The notes under the pieces are model-generated. The model worked only from the letters and a program-made list of their open reading frames with translations, did no database searches and was not told where the DNA came from. A stretch of DNA of 63,699 bases, filler included, from Reticulomyxa filosa (Eukaryota > Protista > Foraminifera), in the NCBI GenBank assembly GCA_000512085.1. It is 24 parts of 24 records of this genome, joined end to end, with 100 filler letters (N's around TTAATTAATTAA, not from the genome) between each part and the next. Parts side by side here need not be neighbours in the genome. Positions count along the whole stretch, not along the records: positions 49,110 to 53,307 come from ASPP01006441.1; positions 53,408 to 59,733 come from ASPP01010773.1; positions 59,834 to 60,839 come from ASPP01024529.1; positions 60,940 to 62,219 come from ASPP01025594.1; positions 62,320 to 63,699 come from ASPP01008044.1; 19 more parts are not named here. One strand, 5' to 3'. This document shows positions 52,216 to 63,699 of the stretch, in pieces. The translations under genes and the position numbers were made by a program. How positions within the stretch are numbered: position 1 is the stretch's first letter; each line of letters starts with the position of its first letter.

Positions 52216-52524
52216 TCTCAAAGCGAAATTTTGTTTTCCGCGTTTCAAAATTATTCGGAGATTGTAGAGTTTTTTAAGGATATCTTTTAGTTAACGTACA
52301 CGACAAAGCTTTCATTTTGTTCTTCGACTAGAGATAGGCCTAACTTCTCAAAATGTGTCCGAGCTGTGAGTCATTTTTCGTAATTGCGAAGAAAGTTAGC
52401 AATCCATAAAAATTAAATTAAAAATGCCTAAGGATTGCCATATTAGAACCAGTATTTAGTCCATCAAAAAAATACGTCTGGTTGGTAGGATGCAAAAAAA
52501 ACACTAAATTTTAAAATACTGAAA

Positions 52525-53195
52525 TCAAATACGAAATAAGGAGCCAATTTTATTTTTTTTTTTCCCAGGATTAGTTTCCGTTGCTGGACGTTGTCTGCCT
52601 GCCTTTGCCGTAACTTTTTCATTTATACTGACTTCCTTTACACCAATCCAAATGTTTTCCACTTCAATTGAAACAAGCAATTCTCCTTGTTTGTCTTGCT
52701 GCTCATTAGACAAAGGAATCCAACGCTTGGAAATATTTTCATGGTTCAAATCAATTTTTATTGTGTATTGTCCAATCAAACGATGGGCAAAGATTGCATC
52801 CCAATCCATTAATTCCAAGTGTATCCGTAAGTTGCCTGTTTCACATAACACGTATACATATACACTACGTTGTTATCATATGTGCACACAAGTGTAAAAA
52901 GACAACACAAAACGGTCTTTCTTGATGAGGCGCAACATATCATTCTTTAAATCGAAGTCCAATGGTTGTTGCCAATTGGGACTCAACGTTCTGCGAATAA
53001 CCCGTGTTGACTTGCTTATAACTCCTTGAAGAGTTACTCGAACGTCTGAATAATGTTCAAAGGCATCAAGTAGTTTTTGTTGATGCCCTACAATTCAAAA
53101 AAAAAGAAGACTTAACATGGATCAAATTTATTGTTGTTATTCATTCCTGGTACATTTTTGGCAGAGTGGATGATGACCCGAACAATGCTGTTCAT
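52525..53195 (-). CDS. C2-domain protein (small, multi-exon)
   Basis: VRVIIHSAKNVP...FDP-VRVTL...STRVIRRTLSPNW...LELMDWD...IGQ...WIPL...GELLVSI. Confidence 0.85.
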
Positions 53196-53271
53196 GTTCC
53201 AAATATCTAACAACTATTTCCAAAAACAAAAAAAGGGGGGAAAACAAGAAGTTTGAGTCTTCACAAAGGAT

Positions 53272-53307
<36 letters not shown>

Positions 53308-53407
53308 NNNNNNNNNNNNNNNNNNNNNNNNNNNNNNNNNNNNNNNNNNNNTTAATTAATTAANNNNNNNNNNNNNNNNNNNNNNNNNNNNNNNNNNNNN
53401 NNNNNNN

Positions 53408-53525
53408 CGGCCAGTATGGCTGTGTTAACAGAGGACGAAGAGAGACCGAGCCATGTTTAGATTCGCCCATTTACCGGCTGACGACGGTCGTAGTGCGACA
53501 TTAATCCGTTTTTCGAGTTACTTCT
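53408..53525 (+). ncRNA. Truncated second copy of the structured-RNA-like element (see 60940-61330)
   Basis: Identical 18-mer CCGGCTGACGACGGTCGT at 53474-53491, plus collinear blocks CCAGT..CTGTGT, GAGACC, ATGTT and GTTTT.GAGTTA. Confidence 0.5.
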
Positions 53526-53940
53526 ATCTTGTTATTGCTTGTGGTTCAATCTATTCTAAATTAATATCTTTTTTATTAATAGGTGGATGTGGTGGTTGAT
53601 TTCATTGCAGAATTGGTGGAAGTGGAATTAGCTGTCCGAAATTGTTCCGGCTATCTTGGTTTTTTTTGTTGTTATTTATTTTATTGTCCCTTTTGTACGG
53701 TTGCACTTTTTGCAACTTTTGTCCCCGTTGCTCATTATGTTCCCCTTTTGTGTCCTTCCTCCTCCACCCTTAGCACTTTTTTATTCACTAAGGGCATTTC
53801 CCTCTTGTTTTGTACTGTATTTTTTATTTGTACTTTTTTTTCATTGAAATTTTTTTACGAGAGATATAGGGAGTCATATAGAGATGTAGGTAGGGAGTAG
53901 TCACCTTGTAGTTGTCTGCTAGTGTGAGTTGATTTCGACT
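53408..53940 (-). mobile_element. Decayed retroelement-like 3' end
   Basis: A-rich broken ORF with SNGDKSCKKCN (CxxC remnant) leading into the shared motif. Organised like 61300-61750. Confidence 0.4.
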
Positions 53941-54199
53941 ATTACAAAAAGTTCTTTTTCAAAAGTTCCTTTTTTTTTATTACAAAAAAGAAACAAAGCT
54001 TCTCGTAATTTGAAAAAGAAAGAGAAAAAGAATCAAAATTGATGAAATATTAACAATTTTCAATGATATTTTTTGAAATTATTTTTTATATGAACGAGAA
54101 TTGCAAATAATCAATAACAATTGAACACAGAAACGTATGACAGCATATTATTCTCAAAAACACTATTTATGCAGAATTCACATATCGGTGTTTACTTAA

Positions 54200-55050
54200 C
54201 ACAACTCAGTGTTCTTTTCCTTTTTTACTTACTTCAGATGGACATTCTCAATTTCATTTGTTGTCGTCATATATCATTCTTGGAGGAGCAAACCAGAAAA
54301 AGGCAAATAACTTCAAACTACGACAATCATCTTGGATATGACGGCAAGATTTTCACGAGAATGTGTTACAATTATCCTTCATTACCTAAAGAGATTGCAT
54401 GCCAAACACTGATCAAATAACCACACAACTTCTTTTTTTAAATCATTATGGCAGATTTTGTACATTGACACAAGCATTAAATACAAATTATCATCAACCT
54501 TATATACACATTTATCTTCAAAAGAAGAATACGAAAGATAAGTGCGCATCGATACATATTTCCACTATATTTATAAAATGGACTGAGAGTGGATTGATGA
54601 ATATCAAATGTAAAAAACGCCGATTAATTAATAAATTTATTCAACACCCCCTTTTACACTATGGATATAGAGCACATACATTTATACGTATGTACATATA
54701 TGACTGCTTTGGTGTTTGGATGTGTACTCAAATCCCCTACTTGAGAAGGAGTCATTACACGATTCAATGTCAATTGCATCATAAATTGCGTTTTACCACT
54801 TCCACTCAATCCACAAATTTCTACTATTTCCCTTTTTCCAATGTCTCCATTCGATACATTTGTGTCCAAATACTTGTGGCTTGTCACTGTTTTTACATTA
54901 TTGCGATTTACATCTTCAATATTTTTTTCATATTAATCTAACAAATTTGTTTCATTAATTTCTTTTTCCAATCTTTTTATTGTCCAATCGCTTAAATTTT
55001 CTAACCATTTACCTATGTTTGTGACATTATTATGCAGATTGCCATGGATC
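54200..55050 (-). pseudogene. RAD51 paralogue (RecA family), probably degraded
   Basis: YLDTNV..G..KREIVEICGLSGSGKTQFMMQL...AVIY contains the Walker A motif. Flanking segments contain stops. Confidence 0.65.
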
Positions 55051-55771
55051 TTTCACTTTCTCTTCTGATCTTAAATCAAACAAGGCAGCCAACAGCTTCA
55101 TTCTCTGCACATTTTTGTTGGGAGTTCTGGAAAGTATGTCGCAACTTTGTTTTAATTTTCCAACTTATGTTATCGGAAAATATCACAGATTGAAGTTCTT
55201 GGCCAGGCCCAATGGAGGAAGGGCGGTCTTCTTATTCATTGATAATGCAAACGTACACTTTTTGATCTTTAAAGGGCAAAAGAACCTTCTCGCAAAATGT
55301 CTTTAAAAAGAAATTGCCACGGTAACAAATTTTCGACAAAAAGCATATGATTTTGGAAAATTGATAAAACATAAACAAAAAATACAGACTAATCGCATTG
55401 CCGCAATCAATGTTGATTCTTTCTTTTGACGTTTACATTTCTTTCAATCTTTACATAAATCTTATTAGCTGACATATTTTATCAAGATCTCTGGTACAAA
55501 TGCTTAAAAATTATCAATTCTAGAATTAAAATAACAAAATTAACAAACTAATCTTTGTATTGCTTACCCAAACATAACAAACAAAAATACAATACGCAAT
55601 ACTTCAAATAAAAAAAAATTTACAACAAGCAAAAATTAAAAGGAGGAAGCAGTAAATAAACAATTTAAATTAAAAATTTTTTAAAATGCGTATGACAAAT
55701 GTTTTTTTATGAAAATGTTTTTGTGTAATAAATTACAAAAGAAATGATTTTTTTATATATTTTTCCTTTTC

Positions 55772-56874
55772 TTAATATCCTCCAATAGGAAAAAAATTTT
55801 CCTTATTTGATTTTGTGACTTCCCTCAAGAATAATGGTGAGCCAACAATGGCTGTTTTGTTGTTCATTTGATGAAGCAAGCTTTCTCTCTTTTTTTCTAA
55901 CTGTTGGATGGACTCATTAATTTTTTCCAGCTCTTTGTCAATAGGATTTTGTGGCACTGTTTCTTGCCTCAACACATTGTTTTCATTTTTCAAAGGTATT
56001 ACCAGCCCTTCCGTCAATTGGTTAAGACTTATATCCGATTTGGCAGGAGATGTGCTAAAATTGCTTGACATATTCAGTAGTGTATTGGGAAGTGATGGAA
56101 ACTCCGAAATAGTGCAAGGAGTGAAAGTGTTGCCAATAGTTTCATTGGGATGAATCAGCTTGGATGATTTTTCCAAAGGTATAATATTGCTTTGTATAAG
56201 TGGGTTGACAGATTGCACGCCAGCAAATGTTGTAGCTTGTTCATTTGTAAAAGAAATGTTTGGAGTCAGTACACTAGGTTTATACGTTACATGTTGTGGC
56301 AGAGGATTAAATGCAGATTGATTGTACACAGCCGATAGATTGTTATTCACAAAAAATGGGAATATTGCACATGATGGTGGCACTGCTGAAACTTGCGGTG
56401 TTGTGCCAAGTTGCTTGGAATTGTCCAAAGTGTTTCTAAAGGAGGAAAACAAACAAAAAGAAATGTTTGGAGTGTGACTCAGTTATTTGGATTCTTTGTT
56501 CCACTCCTTAAGTAGCTTTGATTAAACTTATTATGCAAGGGTGGCTTCTTTCGTAGCTCGTGCTTGCCATGAGCGAATTGACATCCTTGATTGTAAGGAC
56601 ACCATCCAAATTGTTGGAACTTGGAACACAGTTCGGTTTTATATAAATGTGGCTTTGCGTTTTTTGGTGAAATGCGAGATCGTTGTTGGTTTTCATCAAT
56701 CTCACGAGTTGTGACAGAACAATTTTCGTTCCATTGGTGGAGTGATTGTCTTTGTGTATTGCCAGTATTCACAAGCCCGATCAATTTTTTGGATTGATTA
56801 CTCTTGAATGTTTCAACAAAAGCGTCCAAAACTGAAGGAACACCAATGATTTCGTTTCTATGGGATGTAATCAT
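55772..56874 (-). CDS. TIS11/TTP-like CCCH zinc-finger protein (single finger)
   Basis: YKTELCSKFQQFGWCPYNQGCQFAHGKHELR. The second ORF (55772-56452) is probably the next exon, but joining them needs a 1-nt correction. Confidence 0.75.
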
Positions 56875-57300
56875 TGAATTTGCGAATTAAAAGTGCTTTC
56901 AAGCCAGACACAGACATAAATTTGCTTTCTTTTTTTTAATTTTGACTAAACTCCTTAAGGGTGGAAATCGCTTGCGGTTTCATCTTTGCCTTAAAAAAAA
57001 TATGAACTTTAAGGAAATTTGCAAAGGCCGGGCTAAAATAATAATTTATTGTGTTCTTATTAAATTGGATCATTAAATGATGAACTCCGAGTGACATCAC
57101 TAAATATTTAAAAAAGAATTATTGTTAGAGGGAATAGAGGTTAATATAAGTCCATCAGTGTTAAAGTTTTTGTTTCCTAATTAAAATGTTTTATGAAATA
57201 CATTTGCTCATTTGTCTAAACATTGAATTGAAGTTTTGAACAGTTAGCAGTTAAAAACTTAAAAAACAAAATTTGGAATCAAAAAACAAACACATTCTCT

Positions 57301-58295
57301 CTAAATCCCTTGCAATTTTTTTAAACGTGCCTCTAAATCTTTTTCCTCATCCGCAGCAGCAGGTTCTTTAAGCTTGGATTGCCCAACTCCAACTTTATTT
57401 AACTGTGATTGAAATTCTAACCCATGTTCATCCGCAATCTTTTTTTTTTTGTAAAGATTTAATTCTTTGTAATGCAACAAATAAGGTGAGGCCAAAGCAA
57501 AAGAAAAAAAGGATAAACGTAACTTGTGCCATCAAACTGTCGACTTGCGCTTCTGGCATGGTTTGGGCAGTCGTTGAATCGATTGCATTTTCCATATATT
57601 TGCTATTGAGGTCTAAATTTTCAAACTGTTGTTCGAATTTGTCCATCACTGCGGATATCTATGTTCCCAACATCCATTCATTTACAAATATTTGAAACAC
57701 TCCAAATCAAAAGTAATAATCCAAGTGCATCACTCAACTTTTTCAACATTCATTGTTTTCATAACCGAGTCCATACTTCCGACAATTTTTGTCATATCTT
57801 TTGTTAACTTTTTTTCAACGACAAAAAAAGAGTGTGATTAGAGAGATGAGAAAAAAAAAAGATGAAAAGAGCACGCAAAGCTGGAAAGTGAACCTTTCCC
57901 ATTTGAACAGCTGTGTTGACTCTGGCTGCAACGGCGTCAATGCGAGATGATAATTTCAAATAATTAAGTGATTGATTATGCAAACGTATCGCGTTTTCTG
58001 CATAGATATGTGCCCCATCCATATTGCCTTTTTCCATTGCTTGTTTGCACTTTTTTTTATGGCTTTTACCTCTTTTTCACATTTTTTGGATTCACGAACG
58101 AGTGACTTTGCCGTGAAACGTAAGTCAAACAATTGTTCTAGTCAAAATTTTTTTGTTATTGTTAATTTTGTTTATTTATCTGCTACATGTTTTCCAGACG
58201 TTTGTGAAACGACAGTAAAGTGGTCCTTCATTGCATTGAAACAAACTATCCCAACTTTGCATTCTTTCTGTTGAATCACCACCAAAAAGAGACAT
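57301..58295 (-). CDS. CHMP1: ESCRT-III subunit CHMP1/Did2/Vps46
   Basis: Five exons splice to MSLFGG...QLFDLRFTAKSL...IYAENAIR...LSSRIDAVAARV...MDKFEQQFENLD...IADEHGLE...DLEARLKKL (MIM1 tail). Confidence 0.93.
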
Positions 58296-58685
58296 TTTTT
58301 GCTTAAAATTAAATTATTATTATATATGGCAATTTTTAAAAAAGGGTTTGACGATTAATCAAACAAAAACTCTGTTTATCAGCAACTGCACGCGTTCAAT
58401 CAAATTTTTATTAAAGCCAAGAAATGTTTGTTAAGTTTTTACTTGGATCAAATCGCTTTTCATTGCAGAGATTCGGTCTGTGGCTTTTTTATCATTTAGT
58501 TTGCGCTGAGAAGAAGCAAAAATAATCGTTGCAGCTAAATAAAAAGCGTATTACACCAAACAAATAAAAAGAAAATATGTGAGCATTGATCTCTCTTATT
58601 TTTTATTTGTGTTTTTAATTTGTATTCAAGTCGATCGCACCCTCTTTCCGATGTATGAAAGTGCCTCTTCTTCCTCTCACACAAT

Positions 58686-59733
58686 CTATGGTCCCAAGTA
58701 TTTGAACGGCTTTGGCGGAGTGGGCTCATTTCCATGGACTCCTCTATCGTCCAGCCGTTTGGTCTCCACAAGTTCTTGCGGTTGATCTGGAGAAGAGTCC
58801 TGAACAACGATGATTCCATACAATTTACCATCATTATTTTTACGCACAGGCTGATATCGCGTGTCTTCCCATCGCACCGATTTGCGTTGATTCAAAGTGA
58901 CACGAGAAGGATTTTGCAATATTTCAAACGTTTTTTCTTTTTCAGGCACTTTCGCTTCAGCTCCAGTTATCGTTTCTTCTGCGCCTTCTTTGTCTTTTGT
59001 CTGATCACTCTGTGTCGCTTCCGTGGTGCTTGCTTGAGAAGTGGTTCTTTCCAACATTTCAACATCTGGCCCATTGTCTCCACTTCCTCCTTCTTCGCTT
59101 TGTTTTTTCGTTTTTCTTTTTTCAAATCTCTGGCCTTTTGTTTGGCAGTAATGGAAAGGACAGCTTTTTCCAACGTCTTTTTCTCTTGCTCTTCTTCCTC
59201 TTTCAAAGGTTCCGGATACGCATACAGCGACGGCGGAGCATTGCTTCGGAACGTCGTCTTCGGCATCGCCAAGTCGCTGTTCAATGCCATTACCATTGTC
59301 GGCTCAAAGCTTAAGCTAAGGAATGGTACCAATGGATACCAATACCAATATTGCCAAAACACTGCCATGCCTGCACGCATGCAAGCAAACAAACAAACAA
59401 ATACAAATAAATTAAATCAAATTATTATTTCGATCAATGGATGTGTATATAAAAGATCGAACCTAGAATAGCAGTCATTTTTTTCTGAGTTCCTTTTGTG
59501 CACAAGGAAATGATGGCATTTCGACCACAGGCATCCATAATGCCCAGACTGTAAATGGCTCCGGTCTGGGTCATGATAGACTCGCGCTTGTTTTTGATTG
59601 CCTTCATCAGCACCTCGTTGCGAATGGCTTTAATTTGGGGGGTTTCTTTTTCGTTTTGTTGCTGCAACAGCATTCCCAAGCTGATCATTGCCGCTTGCTT
59701 CACATAGTCTACGGGGTCTTCCTCTGCCATCTT
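58686..59733 (-). CDS. RPN2: 26S proteasome regulatory subunit Rpn2/PSMD1, C-terminal part
   Basis: DPVDYVKQAAMI, GIMDACGRN, QYWYWYPL..FLSLSF, AVLSITAK, LQNPSRV and EPTPPKPF. One apparent missing A near 59105. Confidence 0.93.
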
Positions 59734-60690
59734 NNNNNNNNNNNNNNNNNNNNNNNNNNNNNNNNNNNNNNNNNNNNTTAATTAATTAANNNNNNNNNNN
59801 NNNNNNNNNNNNNNNNNNNNNNNNNNNNNNNNNCACAACATTTTTGTTTAATTTTATTCTATTTTTTCTTCTGAATTGGATTTTGTTAGAAAAGGAAAAA
59901 AAAGTAGAAAACAGAGCTATCCCATAATTGAATTGTTTTATCATGAAAAATGAATGTAATATAATAACTTCAATATTTTTATCATGTGAATATGAAATAA
60001 CTTTAGAACCATATAATGAAAGTTGTGTAATATTTTTTTTTGCTCATAACACAACAAAACGAACACAAATGTTCAATATGGATGTTTATTTGAAATCTAT
60101 AGTTATATAATTCAACAAATTTATAATTTTCATTTTTTAAAAAGAAAATAAATGGTTTTTTGTAACAAAGATGTAATAGTTTTTCTTGTTGCAAAAAAGA
60201 ATTGCACTCTGTAATGGTATTTTGTACTAACAACAAAAGATTCTTCAAAAAAATATAAAAAGTCAGATGAATATGTTGTATATGGTGGGATTACTTTTCT
60301 CAAACAATGTTTTGTCATTAATTAAACAATATTTATATCCATTGATTTATCTTATTTGAATTCTACCATTGATCAATGGTTCTCTAAACCGTCTGGTGAT
60401 AACTGCATTCCATAGAATTTTTTAACATTTTTCATCTTTAACAATAAATGTTTTATCTCTTCTTGTATGATTTCAGCATTTAGAATATACGATCTTTTTA
60501 ATTTTTAAAAGTGAAAACAACTTTATAAAATATTTTTTTTTTCAAATGATGTGATTTTTATTTCAAAAAATTAGAGTTGGCCACAACAAAGCTTCCCCAG
60601 TTCAAAAACTCAACAAAAAAAACTTCAGAATAAATTCCTCTACATCATTTAATTAAGAAACCAAGGACTAAAAGAAAGAAACTGAATAAG

Positions 60691-60839
60691 ATGGAAGAAG
60701 AGAAAAGCAAAGACAATACAAAAATGGATTTGAAGTCAATTACTGAACAACAGACTTGCTTTGACAAAAACTGGATTTTACAATTAAACAAGCATGAAGC
60801 CATTCAAGAACTTATTTGTTTGATTTGCAAACAAGTGGC
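60691..60839 (+). CDS. TRAF-type RING-finger family protein N-terminus (partial)
   Basis: [11 protein letters not shown]...[10 protein letters not shown] is the start of a RING domain, cut by the contig end. Confidence 0.6.
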
Positions 60840-60939
60840 NNNNNNNNNNNNNNNNNNNNNNNNNNNNNNNNNNNNNNNNNNNNTTAATTAATTAANNNNN
60901 NNNNNNNNNNNNNNNNNNNNNNNNNNNNNNNNNNNNNNN

Positions 60940-61330
60940 GGCAGATTTGTGGCATTGAAGTGGTATTCCTGTTTTGGTGGAGCTATTAGTCAGCCGTGAT
61001 CATTATATATACGTCTGCTACGATTGCGATAAATAGTAGCAGCATAGCGTGCGTAGGCGGGCCGATGATCGAAAGCAAAACAGGACACGTCGATGACCAC
61101 GACATTATTGTCCAAGTTTTGCACAAAGTATCATCGAGCCATTGAGATTGCAGGATTGGTGGAAGAGTCCATCTGAGATGGACGTAGCAAGGCCTCTCCC
61201 CTTTGTTACCAGTCGTGAGACTGTGTCAATCGAGTGGTTGAGACCTGTTCATAATGTTACAATGCCTACATCTCCTATCCGGCTGACGACGGTCGTTATT
61301 GCTATCTTTGCATGGTTTTGGAGTTATTCT
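60940..61330 (+). ncRNA. Candidate large structured RNA element of unknown class
   Basis: Many 5-10 bp complementary pairs, a GUGA tetraloop hairpin, an 8-bp long-range pseudoknot pairing, G-U pairs favouring the + strand, and a homologous copy at 53408. Confidence 0.55.
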
Positions 61331-62219
61331 TTATTCGCTTACATTTCAATTCATATCTTTTTTTATCAATCATAACAATTTATCTTTTTTTCTTGACTAG
61401 ATTTGCACGTTATTGCTGATTGGGATCCTGAATACATTGTTGGATATTTTCTTCATTTTTTTTTTAATCATTATTTCTTCTTGCTTGAAATTTTGTGTTG
61501 TCCTTGCACTTTTCCATCTTTTGCACATTTTCCCTTTTTGCATTTTTTTTTTCCCACTGGTTGCAATTCATTGTAAGTTTATCTTTTTCATGGGCTTTTA
61601 GTATTTTTTTAAGAAATTCACCTTTTTTATATTTGCTATTGCTTCGTTTTTTATTTAGTACAATTTTTTTTTCTGTCGCTGATAACTTTTTGCATTTTTG
61701 TTTGTACTTTCATTGGTACCCGTTGCTGAGTTTATTGTATGTTGGTGACGCTGTGGTATCTGTCCTGTTGCATATCCTGTCGTGGGGGCTCCTTGTTTTT
61801 GCTGTTGTCTTGTGCACGCTTATGTGGACCAGCTTCGATGCAGTATTTGCATCATTTGGAGTTATCATATCCACCAATCCTGCAAATATGAATAGTCCAC
61901 TGATGTGGACAAACATTATGATGACTCTAGTCGGCGCGATGTATCTATTTCAAAGCCATTTGGCTTGTGACAATAGATATTAACGCGCATTGGGATACTT
62001 TGGCATTCCCATTCTATGCGGTCCGCATTTATTTGGTCGATTTTAATGTTTAATAACGGCCGTCGAGATATGAGATGCTTCGCTTTCGTCGAGTTTAGAT
62101 TATCTTTTTGTGATTAGCCATTCATAATAATTATTTATGTGATATTTTATTTGATTATGTAATCACACTTGCAAACTTTGGTTTTTTTGGCTTGTGTTTT
62201 GAATAGAATGGTATAAACC
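61330..62219 (-). mobile_element. Decayed non-LTR retrotransposon-like ORF2 C-terminus (RT thumb / CCHC region)
   Basis: Fragments across frames (SKLDESEA..ISTA..KIDQINADRI / MGMPKYPNA..YLLSQAKWL..SRR) resemble the post-RT region of LINE ORF2. GKMCKRW may be a CxxC remnant. Many stops. Confidence 0.4.
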
Positions 62220-62319
62220 NNNNNNNNNNNNNNNNNNNNNNNNNNNNNNNNNNNNNNNNNNNNTTAATTAATTAANNNNNNNNNNNNNNNNNNNNNNNNN
62301 NNNNNNNNNNNNNNNNNNN

Positions 62320-62365
<46 letters not shown>

Positions 62366-62409
62366 TATATGTATATGTATATATGTAGTACGTATACGAT
62401 AATGTAGTA

Positions 62410-62956
62410 CGTACACGCTGGACATGGTTCGACTGGGCATATCTAAAGACAAGGGCGGCAGAGATTTGGTGAGGATATTGTGCATGGACTTGGCGCGTAG
62501 CAATTGATTGATAGGAGTTGCAAATGCGGCTTTTCTAGCGGCTTTGATGGATTCATCGTTGCGCCCGTGAAAGTGTTTGCGTTTGAGACTCTCGCGAAGA
62601 TGTTCGAAGGATTCATTGTCATCATTATCATCATCATTATCATTATCATTATCATTATCATTATCATCATCACCATCATCATCATCGTCGTCCTCTTTGT
62701 CCTCTCGAAGCACTTCTTCTTTTTTTTCCGTCGGAATGTCTATATCGCGACGATGGGGTGTTGTATTCGTCGCTGTCTTCTTTTTTTTTTTTCTTTGTTT
62801 CTGCTCCTTGTGATTGTGGTTGTGATCTCCTCGTTCATTCCACTCCACAATTTTGAACTTGCTGTTGCCATGACCAACAGGTGGAGACTCGTTGCCAAGA
62901 GGAGCACTTATTTCCATTGCAGCAGTGGTACTAGTAACAGGTATTATTGCCGCTGT

Positions 62957-62991
<35 letters not shown>

Positions 62992-63621
62992 GTGTCATTG
63001 GTGTCATTGGTGTCATTGGGGTTATTGGTGTTGGTACTGGCATTGGTATTGATGTCGGTATTGACATTGGCATTGGTATTGGTATTGGTGTTGGTGTTGG
63101 TGCTGGTGTAATTGGTGCAGCAATAGCGCTAGTTTGAGCAGTGGACGATAACGGAGGTGAATACGACGGTGTTCTTGCGGCATCGCTGATAGACTCTTCC
63201 AAAGACACATTGTCTTTGGGCGTGGCGTTGAGATGAGATGCAGTCACGCTGTCTTCGTTGGCCTTTGGCCTATGTTAATGCTCGCGTCGGGCAAAGCGAT
63301 GGGCGTGAGCAAGACTGGAGGCAATGGCGAGACGGATGTTGTGGCCGTGGGCAGTGCAATGACTTGGTCTGCAAACATCAGCTGCTCTTGCATGTCACCA
63401 CGGATCGACGACGAGAGGGCGGCACCTGACGAGGCCTGCTTGTCCGGAGACGACATTTCTATTTCCACAGCAATGGAGTGCGCCGTGTTGATATCGTTCC
63501 ATCGCGTCAAAAACGGGTGGTGCAGGCAATCGCCTATGTGATAGCGGCTGTTTACGTCACGAATCAAGCACTTGCGAATAAAATCTTTGCATTCTGGAGA
63601 GGTGCGCAGGATTTCGCCCAT
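62410..63621 (-). CDS. Ser/Thr protein kinase C-lobe end plus long low-complexity tail (partial)
   Basis: SPECKDFIRKCLIRDVNSRYHIGDCLHHPFL is subdomain XI, followed by PT/TA/DN-rich repeats. One apparent missing A near 63265. Confidence 0.75.
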
Positions 63622-63699
63622 TAGTCCATTTGCTCCACTACCACTTTTTGTCGGTGCATTTGAGGATGTTGTTGTTATATTATTATTATTATTATTATT

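Noticed and set aside
61083-61115. ATG-ACCACGA-CAT as HDV-like ribozyme P3/L3
   Set aside because: There is no 7-bp P1 or GG for P1.1, and the same bases pair better with 61131-61137.
61279-61300. CTGACGA as a hammerhead ribozyme core (also at 53478)
   Set aside because: Neither copy has a stem II followed by GAAA.
61495-61983. 162-aa hydrophobic ORF as a membrane protein
   Set aside because: The Phe/Leu richness comes from the T-rich complement of the decayed A-rich minus-strand ORF.

Overview
This is an AT-rich eukaryotic draft sequence made of 24 short contigs joined by 23 artificial N44-TTAATTAATTAA-N44 linkers, so gene order across linkers means nothing. Short GT-AG introns rich in (TA)n and poly-A/poly-T, lineage-expanded WD40, kelch, TRAF-RING and 7TM-RGS families, and many pseudogenes resemble the foraminifer Reticulomyxa filosa (inference). 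Recognisable genes: ATG7 (5' part), a multi-KH protein, an MT-A70 methyltransferase-like subunit, a DHHC palmitoyltransferase, a kelch-coiled coil-SAM-U-box protein, a Rab7-like GTPase, dynamitin, an MJ1316 + PhyH-type dioxygenase fusion, thioredoxin reductase, cytochrome b5, a HAD-like domain, an SPX-EXS (XPR1-like) exporter, a GGCT-like protein, a 7TM-RGS, a C2 protein, a RAD51 paralogue, a CCCH protein, CHMP1, Rpn2 and a kinase tail. Four observations stand out. (1) A ~350-nt densely base-paired, pseudoknot-capable RNA-like element at 60940-61330 has a second diverged copy at 53408-53525; both lie at the 3' end of decayed non-LTR retroelement-like ORFs but appear to fold on the antisense strand. 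(2) An RNA-repair-associated MJ1316 domain is fused to an intact Fe(II)/2OG dioxygenase. (3) The XPR1-like protein has lost or charge-reversed its inositol-pyrophosphate-binding SPX residues. (4) The MT-A70 protein looks non-catalytic and resembles the partner subunit of eukaryotic 6mA DNA methyltransferase complexes. All family calls come from motifs recognised by eye; no searches were run.
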